DNA of 34,845 bases from Eubacteriales bacterium (GCA_045657645.1 JAZOTL010000014.1:1-34845), one strand, 5' to 3'. Shown: positions 1 to 9,316, counted from the stretch's first letter. Notes: generated by a model from the letters alone, not told the origin. A program made the numbers and translations.

Positions 1-107
1 CGTTCAAGTTGATTTGACAAAGAATAGTGCCCTTTTATACTTTCAGTTAGTTTTAATATCTTTATTGCAAATTCTGTAGACATATCTGCAAGTTTATTTT
101 CTGCCAT
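1..107 (-). CDS. Four-helix-bundle protein (23S rRNA IVP / Avd-like family), 5' part only; runs off the window edge
   Basis: Manual translation from the ATG at 107-105 gives MAENKLADMSTEFAIKILKLTESIKGHYSLSNQLER..., which resembles the N-terminus of that family (F-A-x-x-I, then QLxR(S)). RBS GAGGTG upstream. Not in the ORF track because it is truncated. Confidence 0.8.
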   Translation of the reverse strand, partial: MAENKLADMSTEFAIKILKLTESIKGHYSLSNQLE

Positions 108-128
108 CGAAGTCACCTCTTTAGTATA

Positions 129-157
129 ATTGTACCATAGTTTTCTATATTTCGCAA
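129..157 (-). promoter_or_regulatory. Putative sigma-A promoter of the four-helix-bundle gene
   Basis: Minus strand TTGCGA-17 bp-TACAAT with a TG extended -10. Confidence 0.55.
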
Positions 158-160
158 TGA

Positions 161-318
161 CATCGTGCAGAGCACGATGAAATCCGAACGATGTTCGGAT
201 GAAATCTGCCGTGCAGATGAAATTAAATCCGTCCTTCTCCCGACAAAGTCGGATTTCATCACAGGGTGATTTCATACCACGAAAGTGGGATTTATCCCGT
301 CCAAAAGGACGGATTTAG
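161..318. repeat. Array of 7 short hairpins joined by GATGAAAT (x3), GATTTCAT (x2) and GATTTA (x2) motifs; REP/MITE-like element or structured ncRNA
   Basis: Stems CATCGTGC/GCACGATG, ATCCGAAC/GTTCGGAT, ATCTGC/GCAGAT, CCGAC/GTCGG, ATCAC/GTGAT, CCAC/GTGG, CCGTCC/GGACGG. Long-range pair TAAATCCGTCCTT (224-236) with AAGGACGGATTTA (305-317). Confidence 0.8.
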
Positions 319-320
319 TT

Positions 321-362
321 GAAAAGAAAAGCCTTTGTCAAACGACAAAGGCATTTCTTTTC
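321..362 (-). terminator. Intrinsic terminator abutting the tRNA-His CCA end
   Basis: GCCTTTGTC-AAAC-GACAAAGGC stem flanked by GAAAAGAAA and TTTCTTTTC tracts. Confidence 0.7.
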
Positions 363-440
363 TGGGGTGAGCGATGGGAGTCGAACCCACGGCCTTCAGG
401 GCCACAACCTGACGCTCTAACCAACTGAGCTACGCCCACC
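363..440 (-). tRNA. tRNA-His(GUG)
   Basis: Cloverleaf with anticodon arm TCAGG-TT-GTG-GC-CCTGA, G-1, TTCGA T-loop and encoded CCA. Confidence 0.97.
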
Positions 441-445
441 ATATA

Positions 446-522
446 TGGCGCACCCTGGGGGATTCGAACCTCCGACCTACTGCTTAGAAGGCAGTTGCTC
501 TATCCTGCTGAGCTAAGGGTGC
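446..522 (-). tRNA. tRNA-Arg(UCU)
   Basis: Anticodon arm ACTGC-CT-TCT-AA-GCAGT, GGTTCGAATCC, encoded CCA. Confidence 0.97.
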
Positions 523-553
523 AGAATTATGCGCGTTTCGACACGCAAATGGT

Positions 554-582
554 ATTATAGCACAAGTTATTTTAATTGTCAA
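554..582 (-). promoter_or_regulatory. Sigma-A promoter for tRNA-Arg/His
   Basis: Perfect TTGACA-17-TATAAT on the minus strand. Confidence 0.85.
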
Positions 583-619
583 TAGTAATTTTATCACTTT
601 TTTTAATATATCTCCTTGG

Positions 620-648
620 TTGACAAAGGTTTGTTATAGGTTTATAAT
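620..648 (+). promoter_or_regulatory. Sigma-A promoter for the MATE operon
   Basis: Perfect TTGACA-17-TATAAT. Confidence 0.8.
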
Positions 649-683
649 TTATTATGGATAACTTTATTAAAAGGGTATATTAA

Positions 684-2051
684 ATGAACGCTAAAACTAT
701 CGATCCTACAAGGGGTCCGCTTTTCAAAAATACTATCGTATATACGTTGCCCGTTATTGCCACAAGTGTGCTGCAGTTGCTTTTTAATGCGGCCGATCTT
801 GTGGTTGTTGGTCGTTTCGGCGCAAACGGCAGCACCTCGGTTGCGGCGGTTGGTGCCACAACCTCTTTGTTACACCTTTTTATAAACCTTTTTATCGGTT
901 TAAGTGTTGGCGTAGGTGTTGCAGTTTCCCACGCTATGGGTGCCAAAAAAGAGGAAGAAATAAGCCGTACCGTTCATACGGCTCTGCCTGCGGCTTTTAT
1001 ATGCGGTATAATTATGACCTTTATAGGCCTTTTCTTCTCTGAGCCTATGCTTGGCGTTATGGGAACCCCAACAGATATTCTTCCCCTTGCCGCACGCTAT
1101 ATGAAGATATACTTTTGCGGTATGATACCCTTTATGATATATAACTTTGGTACTGCAATACTGCGCGCCGCAGGTGACACACGATCCCCCTTGTACTTTT
1201 TGAGCATTGCGGGTGTTATAAACGTACTGCTTAATCTGTTTTTTGTAATAGTATGCAAAATGACTGTAGAGGGTGTTGCTCTTGCCACCGCCATTTCCCA
1301 GTTCCTTTCGGCAGTTCTTGTGGTTCGTGCGCTTATGAAACGGGATGATGGCTGCCGTGTTGAGCTTAAAAAGCTTCGTATATATAAAAAGCCCCTGTTA
1401 AAGATTATAACAATAGGGCTTCCTGCGGGAATACAGTCCTCCCTTTTCTCTATATCAAACGTTATAATCCAATCCTCCATAAACTCCTTCGGCAACGCCG
1501 CTATGGCAGGGAGCGCTGCGGCAGGCAGTATAGAGGGATTTGTGTTTGTAGCAATGGATGCCTTTACCCAAACTGCCCTTAACTTTACCGGCAGATGTGT
1601 AGGCGCAAAGGAATATAAGCGTATAGGCAAGATAGTTACCACCTGCCTTATCCTTGTGTGCAGTGTAGGCGTGGTTATGGGCGTGGTTTGCCGCGGTTTT
1701 GCCCAGCCCCTCCTTTCTATATACATTTCGGATTCTGCCAAAGCCATTGAATACGGCACAATACGTATGACCTACGTTTGCCTTGCCTATGGCATTTGCG
1801 GAGTTATGAACGTTATGACAGGTGCGATACGCGGTATGGGCTCCTCTGTGGTTCCTATGATAATTACGGTTGTTGGTGTGTGCGGTCTGCGTATGCTTTG
1901 GATATTTACCGTATTTGCAATTCCTTCGTTCCATACCTTCGGTTGCCTTTTCTTCTCATATCCCCTTTCCTGGGCAATAACAGGTGTGGCGCAAACGGTA
2001 AGCTATTTTGTGGTTCGCCGCCGATTGGAAAGTAAGGGGGTTGAGGTTTAG
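684..2051 (+). CDS. MATE family efflux transporter
   Basis: 455 aa with about 12 TM segments. Motifs LQLLFNAADLVVVGRF, ILRAAGDTRSPL, GVALATAISQ, IRGMG. Confidence 0.95.
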   Translation: MNAKTIDPTRGPLFKNTIVYTLPVIATSVLQLLFNAADLVVVGRFGANGSTSVAAVGATTSLLHLFINLFIGLSVGVGVAVSHAMGAKKEEEISRTVHTALPAAFICGIIMTFIGLFFSEPMLGVMGTPTDILPLAARYMKIYFCGMIPFMIYNFGTAILRAAGDTRSPLYFLSIAGVINVLLNLFFVIVCKMTVEGVALATAISQFLSAVLVVRALMKRDDGCRVELKKLRIYKKPLLKIITIGLPAGIQSSLFSISNVIIQSSINSFGNAAMAGSAAAGSIEGFVFVAMDAFTQTALNFTGRCVGAKEYKRIGKIVTTCLILVCSVGVVMGVVCRGFAQPLLSIYISDSAKAIEYGTIRMTYVCLAYGICGVMNVMTGAIRGMGSSVVPMIITVVGVCGLRMLWIFTVFAIPSFHTFGCLFFSYPLSWAITGVAQTVSYFVVRRRLESKGVEV

Positions 2052-2052
2052 T

Positions 2053-3024
2053 ATGTTGAACTTTGCTTGTATAGGAAGAAATTTTGTAGTTGACGAAATG
2101 CTCTCTGCCTTTGAGCATTTTCCTGATATTAAGCTCCTTGGCGTTTACTCACGTAACGAGAGTACAGGCCGTCAATATGCAGATAAGTGGGGAGCAAAGA
2201 AGGTCTACACCACACTTGCACAGCTTGCAGAGGATAAGGATATTGACGCTGTGTATATAGCAAGCCCCAACTACTGCCACGCACAGCAGAGCATTGCCAT
2301 GCTTAATGCCGGCAAGCACGTTTTGTGCGAAAAGCCCTTTGCCTCTTCCTTTGAGGATGCAAAGGCTATGGTGGAAGCTGCCGAAAAAAACGGACGGGTA
2401 ATAATGGAGGCTATGATGAGCGCCCACGTACCCGGAACGGGGAAGATAAAAGAGCTTTTACCCCGTATCGGTAAGGTGAGAAGGATAAACTTTTCCTTCT
2501 GCCAGTATTCTTCAAGATATGACAGCCATAAGGCGGGGGTAGCGCAGAACGCCTTTGACCCCACCCTTCATAACGGCTCCTTTATGGATATGGGCGTTTA
2601 TCCTCTGCACCTGATGCTCCAGCTTTTCGGTGCGCCCGACTCTTTTAACTCAAAGGCGGTATTTTTACCTCAAAGCATTGATGGCGAAGGAACCCTTACT
2701 GCAGAATACAAGGATATGCTTGCAACCCTTACCTGGTCAAAGATAACACAGGGCTATCTGCCCTCGGATATACAGGGCGAGGATGGCTCAATACTTATCG
2801 ACCGTATTTCAAAGCCTACGGAGCTTACCCTTATACTGCGTGACGGTACAAAAGAGGTTTATGAAACCCTCGGCGGTAAGCCTGTTATGTATTATGAGCT
2901 TTATGACTTTATAAAGCAGATAAAGGGTGAGGCGATGCCCCGATTCAATAAGCTCTCCTTGCTTGAAGCACAGATAATGGAAAGTGCAAGAGGGCAGATG
3001 GGGATTGATTTTATAAGAAAATAA
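2053..3024 (+). CDS. Gfo/Idh/MocA family oxidoreductase
   Basis: [19 protein letters not shown] and GSFMDMGVY motifs. Start moved to ATG 2053 (RBS GAGG, coupled to the MATE stop). Confidence 0.92.
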   Translation: MLNFACIGRNFVVDEMLSAFEHFPDIKLLGVYSRNESTGRQYADKWGAKKVYTTLAQLAEDKDIDAVYIASPNYCHAQQSIAMLNAGKHVLCEKPFASSFEDAKAMVEAAEKNGRVIMEAMMSAHVPGTGKIKELLPRIGKVRRINFSFCQYSSRYDSHKAGVAQNAFDPTLHNGSFMDMGVYPLHLMLQLFGAPDSFNSKAVFLPQSIDGEGTLTAEYKDMLATLTWSKITQGYLPSDIQGEDGSILIDRISKPTELTLILRDGTKEVYETLGGKPVMYYELYDFIKQIKGEAMPRFNKLSLLEAQIMESARGQMGIDFIRK

Positions 3025-3034
3025 GAAAAAAATC

Positions 3035-3063
3035 TTTACATATTTATTTATAGAGTGTATAAT
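3035..3063 (+). promoter_or_regulatory. Sigma-A promoter for asnA
   Basis: TTTACA-17-TATAAT. Confidence 0.6.
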
Positions 3064-3094
3064 TATTTCATATTGTGAAAAAACGGAGAAAATT

Positions 3095-4102
3095 ATGGGA
3101 CAAACATTTATTCCCGAAGGTTACAGATCCACCCTCGGATTATACGATACCCAATCGGCAATAGGATTTATAAAGCGCAGCTTTGAGGATAGACTTTGCG
3201 TTGCCCTTAATCTTAAGCGTGTATCAGCACCCCTTTTTGTTGACCCTGCCCTTGGTCTTAACGATAATCTTAACGGTATAGAGCGTCCTGTTACCTTTGA
3301 TATAAAAGCAACCGGCTCGGATGCAGAGGTAGTGCACTCTCTTGCAAAATGGAAGCGCCTTGCCCTTAAGAGATACGAGTTCCACACAGGTAAGGGACTT
3401 TATACAGATATGAATGCTATACGCCGTGATGAAGACCTTGATAACCTTCATTCGGTATATACAGACCAGTGGGACTGGGAAAAGATAATCGCCCGTGAGG
3501 ACAGAAATACCGATTTCCTCAAGGCTACAGTAATAAAGATAGTTAAGGCTATATGCTATACTCTTGATGAGGTAAAATACAAGTTCCCCGATGTAACTGT
3601 TGAGCTTGAGCCCAATGTAAGCTTTGTTACCACACAGGAGCTTGAGGACCTTTACCCCGATAAGAGCGCAAAGGAAAGGGAATACCTTTACCTAAAGGAG
3701 CATAAGACCGCCTTTATAATGAAGATAGGCAGAAAGCTTGCCAGCGGCAAACCCCACGACGGCCGTGCCCCCGACTATGACGATTGGGACTTGAACGGTG
3801 ATATTATGTTCTATAACGAGGTGCTTGACTGCGCATTTGAAATATCCTCTATGGGTATCCGCGTAGATGAAGAAGCCCTTGACAGACAGCTTGGTGAAGC
3901 GGGCTGTGATGACAGACGTGAGCTTATGTTCCACAAGATGCTCCTTGCGGGTGAGCTTCCCCTTACTATGGGTGGCGGTATCGGTCAGTCAAGACTTTGT
4001 ATGCTGCTCCTGGGCAAGGCTCACATCGGTGAGGTGCAGGCCTCGGTTTGGGATCCCCACACCGTAAAGGAATGCGAAAAGGCAGAGGTTGTGCTGCTGT
4101 AA
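3095..4102 (+). CDS. asnA: Aspartate--ammonia ligase (asparagine synthetase A)
   Basis: [26 protein letters not shown] and GGGIGQSRL motifs. Confidence 0.97.
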   Translation: MGQTFIPEGYRSTLGLYDTQSAIGFIKRSFEDRLCVALNLKRVSAPLFVDPALGLNDNLNGIERPVTFDIKATGSDAEVVHSLAKWKRLALKRYEFHTGKGLYTDMNAIRRDEDLDNLHSVYTDQWDWEKIIAREDRNTDFLKATVIKIVKAICYTLDEVKYKFPDVTVELEPNVSFVTTQELEDLYPDKSAKEREYLYLKEHKTAFIMKIGRKLASGKPHDGRAPDYDDWDLNGDIMFYNEVLDCAFEISSMGIRVDEEALDRQLGEAGCDDRRELMFHKMLLAGELPLTMGGGIGQSRLCMLLLGKAHIGEVQASVWDPHTVKECEKAEVVLL

Positions 4103-4122
4103 AAATATAATTAAAAAAACTC

Positions 4123-4152
4123 TTGACAGAATATAACTGTTTGGTGTATAAT
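4123..4152 (+). promoter_or_regulatory. Sigma-A promoter for the rpmH operon
   Basis: TTGACA-18-TATAAT. Confidence 0.7.
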
Positions 4153-4201
4153 ACTCGTTGACACATGGTTTTTTTGTTCAAAGGAAGGAGGAGACCGTAC
4201 A

Positions 4202-4336
4202 ATGCTTAGAACTTATCAACCCAAGAAACGCCAGAGAAAGAAAGAACACGGCTTCAGAAAGAGAATGGCTACTGCTAACGGCAGAAAAGTGCTTAAGAGA
4301 AGACGCGCTAAGGGCAGAGCAAGACTGACTTATTAA
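4202..4336 (+). CDS. rpmH: 50S ribosomal protein L34 (not in the ORF track)
   Basis: [44 protein letters not shown], with RBS AGGAGG. Confidence 0.98.
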   Translation: MLRTYQPKKRQRKKEHGFRKRMATANGRKVLKRRRAKGRARLTY

Positions 4337-4416
4337 TCTAAGATTATTATTGGTGAGCCGAAAACGATTTCGTTTTCGGCTCCAGTAATGTTTAGGCAAA
4401 ACCTTAGAGGTAAAAA

Positions 4417-4794
4417 ATGAAATACGTTGCAATAGGTGAAAACCATTTATATTCCAAGGCCTACGCCAAGGGAAAGAAATTTGTAACACGCCTTGCAGCT
4501 GTATACGTGTTGCCGGACCTGAAGGCTAAAAAAATTCAGAAGGCAACTCGCAACAAACAAAAAATTAACCGCATCGGACTGACCGTTTCCAAAAAGATCG
4601 GCGGCGCAGTTGTGCGTAACCGTGTTAAGCGTATAATACGGGAGGCGTACAGAGCCGTGGATTGTGAGCACAGCGTAAAATGCGGTTTTTTAATTGTTAT
4701 AGTTGCGCGTGCACAAGCGGCAGAGGCAAGCTCAAAAGAAATGACAAAAGATATTAAAAGGGCGCTTGACAGGCTCTCTATGCTTACGAAATGA
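4417..4794 (+). CDS. rnpA: Ribonuclease P protein component
   Basis: RIGLTVSKKIGGAVVRNRVKRIIRE (RNR motif) and synteny. Confidence 0.96.
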   Translation: MKYVAIGENHLYSKAYAKGKKFVTRLAAVYVLPDLKAKKIQKATRNKQKINRIGLTVSKKIGGAVVRNRVKRIIREAYRAVDCEHSVKCGFLIVIVARAQAAEASSKEMTKDIKRALDRLSMLTK

Positions 4795-5024
4795 AACATA
4801 TTTTTATATTTTTCGTTCGTCTGTACAGACGCTTTATTTCGCCCGTGAAAAAACCGTGTTGCCGATTTTATCCTACCTGTTCCCAGTATGCTATAGAGGC
4901 ATTTCAAGAATGGGGAGCAGTGAGGGGGTTAGGGCTTACTATATGGCGCGTTCTGCGCTGTAATCCCTTTTGTAAGGGTGGGAATGACCCCGTGCCCCGT
5001 AATAACCGTAAAAGGATCAGATAA
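4791..5024 (+). CDS. yidD: Membrane protein insertion efficiency factor
   Basis: CRFYPTCSQYAIEA...RVLRCNPF and synteny. Confidence 0.96.
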   Translation: MKHIFIFFVRLYRRFISPVKKPCCRFYPTCSQYAIEAFQEWGAVRGLGLTIWRVLRCNPFCKGGNDPVPRNNRKRIR

Positions 5025-5062
5025 AGACAGTAGATCCGTAATTTTAAAAGAAGGTATTACAA

Positions 5063-6388
5063 ATGAATTTTATTAAAACAAACAGAAGAGCTTCTGCTAT
5101 AGTAGCTTTCGTGCTTGTTACGATGCTTCTTTTTTCACAGCTCTTCACAGTTGCGGTATATGCCGACACTACCGCTGCAGACGATACTACCCCTGCAGTA
5201 ACCGAGGCAACAGATACCGAAGCAAAGGAAGCCAAGACCGATAAGGCTTCAAAGGATGAAAAGTACGTAGCAAAGGACGGCCTAATGTACAAGCTTGCCG
5301 TGCCCTTTGGCTTTGTTGTACGTTACAGCTACCAGCTTGTGCCCAACTATCTTTTTGCCCTTATAGTTTTTGCGGTATTTATGAAGATAGTGCTTTTCCC
5401 CTTTGGTATAAAGCAGCAGAAGAACCTTGTAAAGCAGGCTTCCCTGCGTCCCAAGGAAGCGGCTATCCGTAAGAGATACCAGGGCCGTAACGACCAGGCT
5501 ACACAGCAGAAGGTAAATCAGGAGATAATGAATCTCTATCAAAAGGAGAACTTTAATCCTGCAGGCGGTTGCTTGCCCATGCTTCTCCAGCTTTTTGTTG
5601 TATTTATCCTTATTAACGTTATTTATAACCCCTTGAGATACCTTTGCGATATCTCTCCCGACGTTATAACAAAGATAGGACAGACCCTTGCCGATAACGG
5701 TGTTGAAAGCGTAAAGGAGCTTGCTAAATACGGCGATATCAGTATTCTTCGTGTTCTTAACGCAGATAACTTTAAGTACGTTGCTGATATATTTGCAAGC
5801 GAAGGAATAAGCAGCTTTGCACAGCTTCCCAGTATGAGCGTGTTCGGCGCAGACCTTTCTATAGAACCCTCTTGGTCAAGCTGGCTTGTTATTATTCCCT
5901 TACTGACCTTCGTTATAGTTTACTTCACTTCCGTTCTTACCCGCAAGCTTTCTTATCAGGCGATACAGTCGGATGATGTTAGACGCTCTAACATGATAAT
6001 GGATATAGCTATGCCCTTGATGAGTGCTTGGTTTGCATTTATGTTCCCCGCACTCTTGGGTATATACTGGATGTTCCAGAATATCCTTGGCGTTCTTCAG
6101 CAGCTTGTTCTTAAAAAGATGTTCCCCGCACCTGTGTTTACAGAGGAGGACTACAAGAAGGCTGAAAAGGAATACTTTGGTCAGCAGACTGCAAAGAAGA
6201 AAAAGAAGGCGACTAACGCTAAAAGACATCCCAATTCTCTTCACCACGTAGATGATGATGAGGAATATATCCCTGCGGCAAAGGAAGAAAAGCCATCTAA
6301 GCCCGCAAAGGAAAGCTCGTTTGTGGATATTGCTCCCTTAAAGGAAGATCCAAAGTCCGGCGAGCAGGACAATGAAGGAGAAGAATAA
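5063..6388 (+). CDS. yidC: Membrane protein insertase YidC (housekeeping copy)
   Basis: KIVLFPF..KQQK, NPAGGCLPMLLQ, LGIYWMFQN..QQ, basic C-terminal tail; lies between yidD and jag. Confidence 0.93.
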   Translation: MNFIKTNRRASAIVAFVLVTMLLFSQLFTVAVYADTTAADDTTPAVTEATDTEAKEAKTDKASKDEKYVAKDGLMYKLAVPFGFVVRYSYQLVPNYLFALIVFAVFMKIVLFPFGIKQQKNLVKQASLRPKEAAIRKRYQGRNDQATQQKVNQEIMNLYQKENFNPAGGCLPMLLQLFVVFILINVIYNPLRYLCDISPDVITKIGQTLADNGVESVKELAKYGDISILRVLNADNFKYVADIFASEGISSFAQLPSMSVFGADLSIEPSWSSWLVIIPLLTFVIVYFTSVLTRKLSYQAIQSDDVRRSNMIMDIAMPLMSAWFAFMFPALLGIYWMFQNILGVLQQLVLKKMFPAPVFTEEDYKKAEKEYFGQQTAKKKKKATNAKRHPNSLHHVDDDEEYIPAAKEEKPSKPAKESSFVDIAPLKEDPKSGEQDNEGEE

Positions 6389-6391
6389 TTT

Positions 6392-7102
6392 ATGAGCAAG
6401 GAAATAATTGCTACAGGCAGAACCATTGAGGGCGCTATTGCTAACGGCGCAAGCGAGCTTGGTGTTCCTGTTGCCAATGTTGATTATGAAATACTCGAAC
6501 AGCCTAAGAAGGGATTCCTTGGCTTTGGCGAGGTAGATGCAAAGGTAAGAGTTTTTGTTGTTGAGCGCGCAGACCTTACTGCACTTAACTTTGTTAACAC
6601 TCTTATCGGCAATCTTGGTATTGATGCAGAAGCAGAGCTTTGTGCTGATACCATTTCCAACGGCGACCGTATGATAAACATTACAGGTGAGTCTGCAGGA
6701 CTCCTTATAGGTCACCACGGCGAGACCCTTGAAGCTCTCCAGTACCTCTGCAATCTTGCGGCTAACCGCAAGTGCGATGCAGACGGCATTGAGCATATCA
6801 AGATGACCGTTGATATTGAAAACTACCGTTCACGCCGTGAGCAGACCCTGCGCCGCCTTGCAAGAGGTGTGGCACAAAAGGTACTGCGCTACCACCGTGA
6901 TATCACCCTTGAGCCTATGAGCCCCTATGAAAGAAGAATAATCCATTCCGAAATTCAGTCTGTAAAGGGCGTTACCACAAATTCTATCGGCAGCGATAAT
7001 AACCGCCGCGTTGTAGTTATCTATGACAGCAAGCGCGATAACAACCGCCGCCGTAACAACCACAAAGCAGCTCCTAAAACCGAAGAGGCTGTTGAAGAAT
7101 AA
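6392..7102 (+). CDS. jag: RNA-binding protein Jag/KhpB (Jag_N, KH, R3H)
   Basis: PKKGFLGFG, LLIGHHGETLEALQYL and ERRIIH motifs. Confidence 0.96.
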   Translation: MSKEIIATGRTIEGAIANGASELGVPVANVDYEILEQPKKGFLGFGEVDAKVRVFVVERADLTALNFVNTLIGNLGIDAEAELCADTISNGDRMINITGESAGLLIGHHGETLEALQYLCNLAANRKCDADGIEHIKMTVDIENYRSRREQTLRRLARGVAQKVLRYHRDITLEPMSPYERRIIHSEIQSVKGVTTNSIGSDNNRRVVVIYDSKRDNNRRRNNHKAAPKTEEAVEE

Positions 7103-7109
7103 GATAACA

Positions 7110-7138
7110 AAAAGCCTTCCTTGAAAAAGGAAGGCTTT
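7110..7138. terminator. Bidirectional intrinsic terminator
   Basis: AAAGCCTTCCTT-GAAA-AAGGAAGGCTTT between convergent genes. Confidence 0.8.
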
Positions 7139-7143
7139 AATAT

Positions 7144-7851
7144 TTAAAGGATATAGATGTCGTTATCTTCGGGTAATAGCAGCTCAAAGCTGTCCTTACC
7201 TTTAAGGGGTATGAGCTCCTCGTACTTTTCCATAGGGTAAACGTGAATGATTGCGGCGCGGTCTATTTTGCTTTTACGCAGTCTTTCGAAAAGCTCTGTT
7301 GCCGTAAAGTGGGCACATTCCGAGATAACGAGGTCAGCCTTTTTTGTGTAAATCTCTTTGGGGAAGTCGCAAAGGTCTGCGCTCATATCGCTTGTAACAA
7401 CAACTCTTTTACCTTCACCTTCAAGGGTGAAGCCGTAGGAGCGGTAAGCGTCCTCAGTATCGTTTATATGCATAGTGCGTCTGGCCCAAAGGGTTAAGGT
7501 GCCGTCGTTGTATATCTCACCGTCCTCAATACGCTTAAAGGAAAGTGCAGAGCCTCTGTATTCTTCCTTTATCCTATCAAAGGTGGCCCTGTCGGGTAAA
7601 AACACAGGTATATTCATATCCTTTATATCAGAAAGCAGATCAGCTAACCCTTCTGTATGGTCGCCGTGGGCGTGGCTTATAAATATGGCTTTCAGCTTTG
7701 ATAGCTCAAAGCTTTTCTCCGAAAAAAGCTTTAAAACAGGAGCGCCTGCATCAACAAGATACGCATTTTCATTTACTTCAAATAACATAGCCTGACGGTT
7801 CCTTACGGGGTTTTCCATACCGTGGCTTGTGCCTAAAAAGGTTATTTTCAT
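7144..7851 (-). CDS. MBL-fold metallohydrolase (RNase Z-like)
   Basis: ITFLGT, LVDAG, ISHAHGDH (HxHxDH), TSD, ECAH and IIH motifs. Confidence 0.88.
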   Translation of the reverse strand: MKITFLGTSHGMENPVRNRQAMLFEVNENAYLVDAGAPVLKLFSEKSFELSKLKAIFISHAHGDHTEGLADLLSDIKDMNIPVFLPDRATFDRIKEEYRGSALSFKRIEDGEIYNDGTLTLWARRTMHINDTEDAYRSYGFTLEGEGKRVVVTSDMSADLCDFPKEIYTKKADLVISECAHFTATELFERLRKSKIDRAAIIHVYPMEKYEELIPLKGKDSFELLLPEDNDIYIL

Positions 7852-8531
7852 CCGTTTCCCTCTATAATTGTATAATTTCCGCCGCGGAGTACCTCAACAA
7901 GCTCACCTGAGCTTGTTATTTTTTTATCTGTAACAATACCGCCAAGAGCAAGGGCGTCGCTATTATGAAAATCCGAACCTGAGGTCATAGGCTTGTTATA
8001 ATGCTCGGCGTACAATTTTGCCATTTTATTTCTAAATTCGGCAGTTCCGCCGTTGTATACCTCTACACCAAAAAGCTTTTCGGGGTCCTTTACGGTCATA
8101 TTATCACGGAAGGGATGTGCCTGCACCACTATAGCTTCTTCGGGGAGAATTTCAAGGAGCTCATCCAAGCCCTTTAATCGGTTCAGCAGGGGAGCGTTAT
8201 ATAAAAACTCCTCGGTTATACCGTAAACAAGATAATCGTTTATCATAGGGCCATCAAAGCGCACCTCTGCGCCTAAAAGCACGGTAAAGCCCTGCTTGTC
8301 ACCCTCAGCCTTTGCGGCTCTGTAGCCACACAGCCAACGGTCTATTATTCCGCGATGGTCCTTTCCGGCAAGTTCATCCTTGAACCAATCGTAAAACATT
8401 GCAAAATAGTGGTCGGTTATAACTATACCGTCGTAGCCAGCGTTGCGGTATAGGTTTACTATACTTGCACCGCCCTCTTTGGCCACAAGGTCATTTTCGG
8501 CAGTATGTATATGCAGTTCGTACTTTCCCAT
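7848..8531 (-). CDS. PHP domain phosphoesterase
   Basis: ELHIHT, ITDHY, QAHPFR and GSDFH motifs. Overlaps the MBL gene by 4 nt. Confidence 0.9.
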   Translation of the reverse strand: MGKYELHIHTAENDLVAKEGGASIVNLYRNAGYDGIVITDHYFAMFYDWFKDELAGKDHRGIIDRWLCGYRAAKAEGDKQGFTVLLGAEVRFDGPMINDYLVYGITEEFLYNAPLLNRLKGLDELLEILPEEAIVVQAHPFRDNMTVKDPEKLFGVEVYNGGTAEFRNKMAKLYAEHYNKPMTSGSDFHNSDALALGGIVTDKKITSSGELVEVLRGGNYTIIEGNG

Positions 8532-8607
8532 AATTCCTCCGTGGTCTTTTTCTGCTGTTTACTCATTATAACATATATGTACAAATATTTCCACACACTT
8601 TTATAAG

Positions 8608-8636
8608 TTGACATGTATTTTGATTTTTGATAAAAT
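8608..8636 (+). promoter_or_regulatory. Sigma-A promoter
   Basis: TTGACA-17-TAAAAT. Confidence 0.6.
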
Positions 8637-8665
8637 AGTATAAGCAGATTTATACGGAGGCAGCC

Positions 8666-8989
8666 GTGAGGATAAAAGAACCTAAGCAAAAACTGTTGTT
8701 AACAGGCATATACATAGCAATGATAGGCATAATGCAAGCTCTGGGGATATCCTGTGTGTTTAGGTATTTCTTGGGCTTTACCTGTCCCGGCTGCGGTATG
8801 ACAAGAGCCGTGATTTCTGCTCTCAGGTGGGATTTTGTTGCTGCCCTTGAATATCATTTAATGTTCTGGTCGGTTCCCATATTATATCTGTATTTTCTTT
8901 TTGATGGCAACTTGTTTAAAAATAAATTGCTGAATAGAGGCGTTTTTACAATTATTGTTGTGGGATTTATTATTAATTGGATCGGATAA
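8666..8989 (+). CDS. DUF2752-type small membrane protein
   Basis: C-x-F-x4-G-x2-CPGCGMTRA signature. GTG start with GGAGG RBS. Confidence 0.85.
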   Translation: MRIKEPKQKLLLTGIYIAMIGIMQALGISCVFRYFLGFTCPGCGMTRAVISALRWDFVAALEYHLMFWSVPILYLYFLFDGNLFKNKLLNRGVFTIIVVGFIINWIG

Positions 8990-9003
8990 AGGAGGGCGTG
9001 TTT

Positions 9004-9210
9004 ATGTATTGCAGAAATTGCGGAGAACAGATGAATGAAAACCAGGCTATATGTTTGAAGTGCGGAGTAAAAAAGGGTGACGGAAACTCCTTTTGCAAAA
9101 ATTGCGGTAAAGCGGTTGACCAAAATGCTTCGGTTTGTGTAGCTTGCGGCTTTGCGTTGGATACAAAATACGAGAAGTTAAAGAAAAAGATAACCAACCT
9201 TTTCAGCTGA
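9004..9210 (+). CDS. Double zinc-ribbon protein, soluble or truncated paralog of 9348..9734
   Basis: Four CxxC motifs. ATG 9004 preceded by GGAGGG. Confidence 0.7.
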   Translation: MYCRNCGEQMNENQAICLKCGVKKGDGNSFCKNCGKAVDQNASVCVACGFALDTKYEKLKKKITNLFS

Positions 9211-9286
9211 TAAGCACGGTCATATTTATATCCCATTTATTGTTCTGTGGAAAAATGGGAAATTTGTCGAAAATGTTAATTTAATG

Positions 9287-9316
9287 TTGACACGTTGTGT
9301 ATAAGCGTGGTATAAT
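9287..9316 (+). promoter_or_regulatory. Sigma-A promoter
   Basis: TTGACA-18-TATAAT with a TG extension. Confidence 0.65.

Noticed and set aside
1-107. DGR (Avd plus reverse transcriptase) interpretation
   Set aside because: No reverse transcriptase or TR/VR repeat pair is visible. The gene is cut by the window edge, so this cannot be assessed further.
161-318. CRISPR array interpretation of the GATGAAAT/GATTTCAT repeats
   Set aside because: The repeats are only 8-9 nt, the spacers are short self-complementary stems, the orientation flips midway, and there are no cas genes.
4103-4201. oriC upstream of rpmH
   Set aside because: The spacer is about 100 bp, with no DnaA-box cluster and no dnaA.
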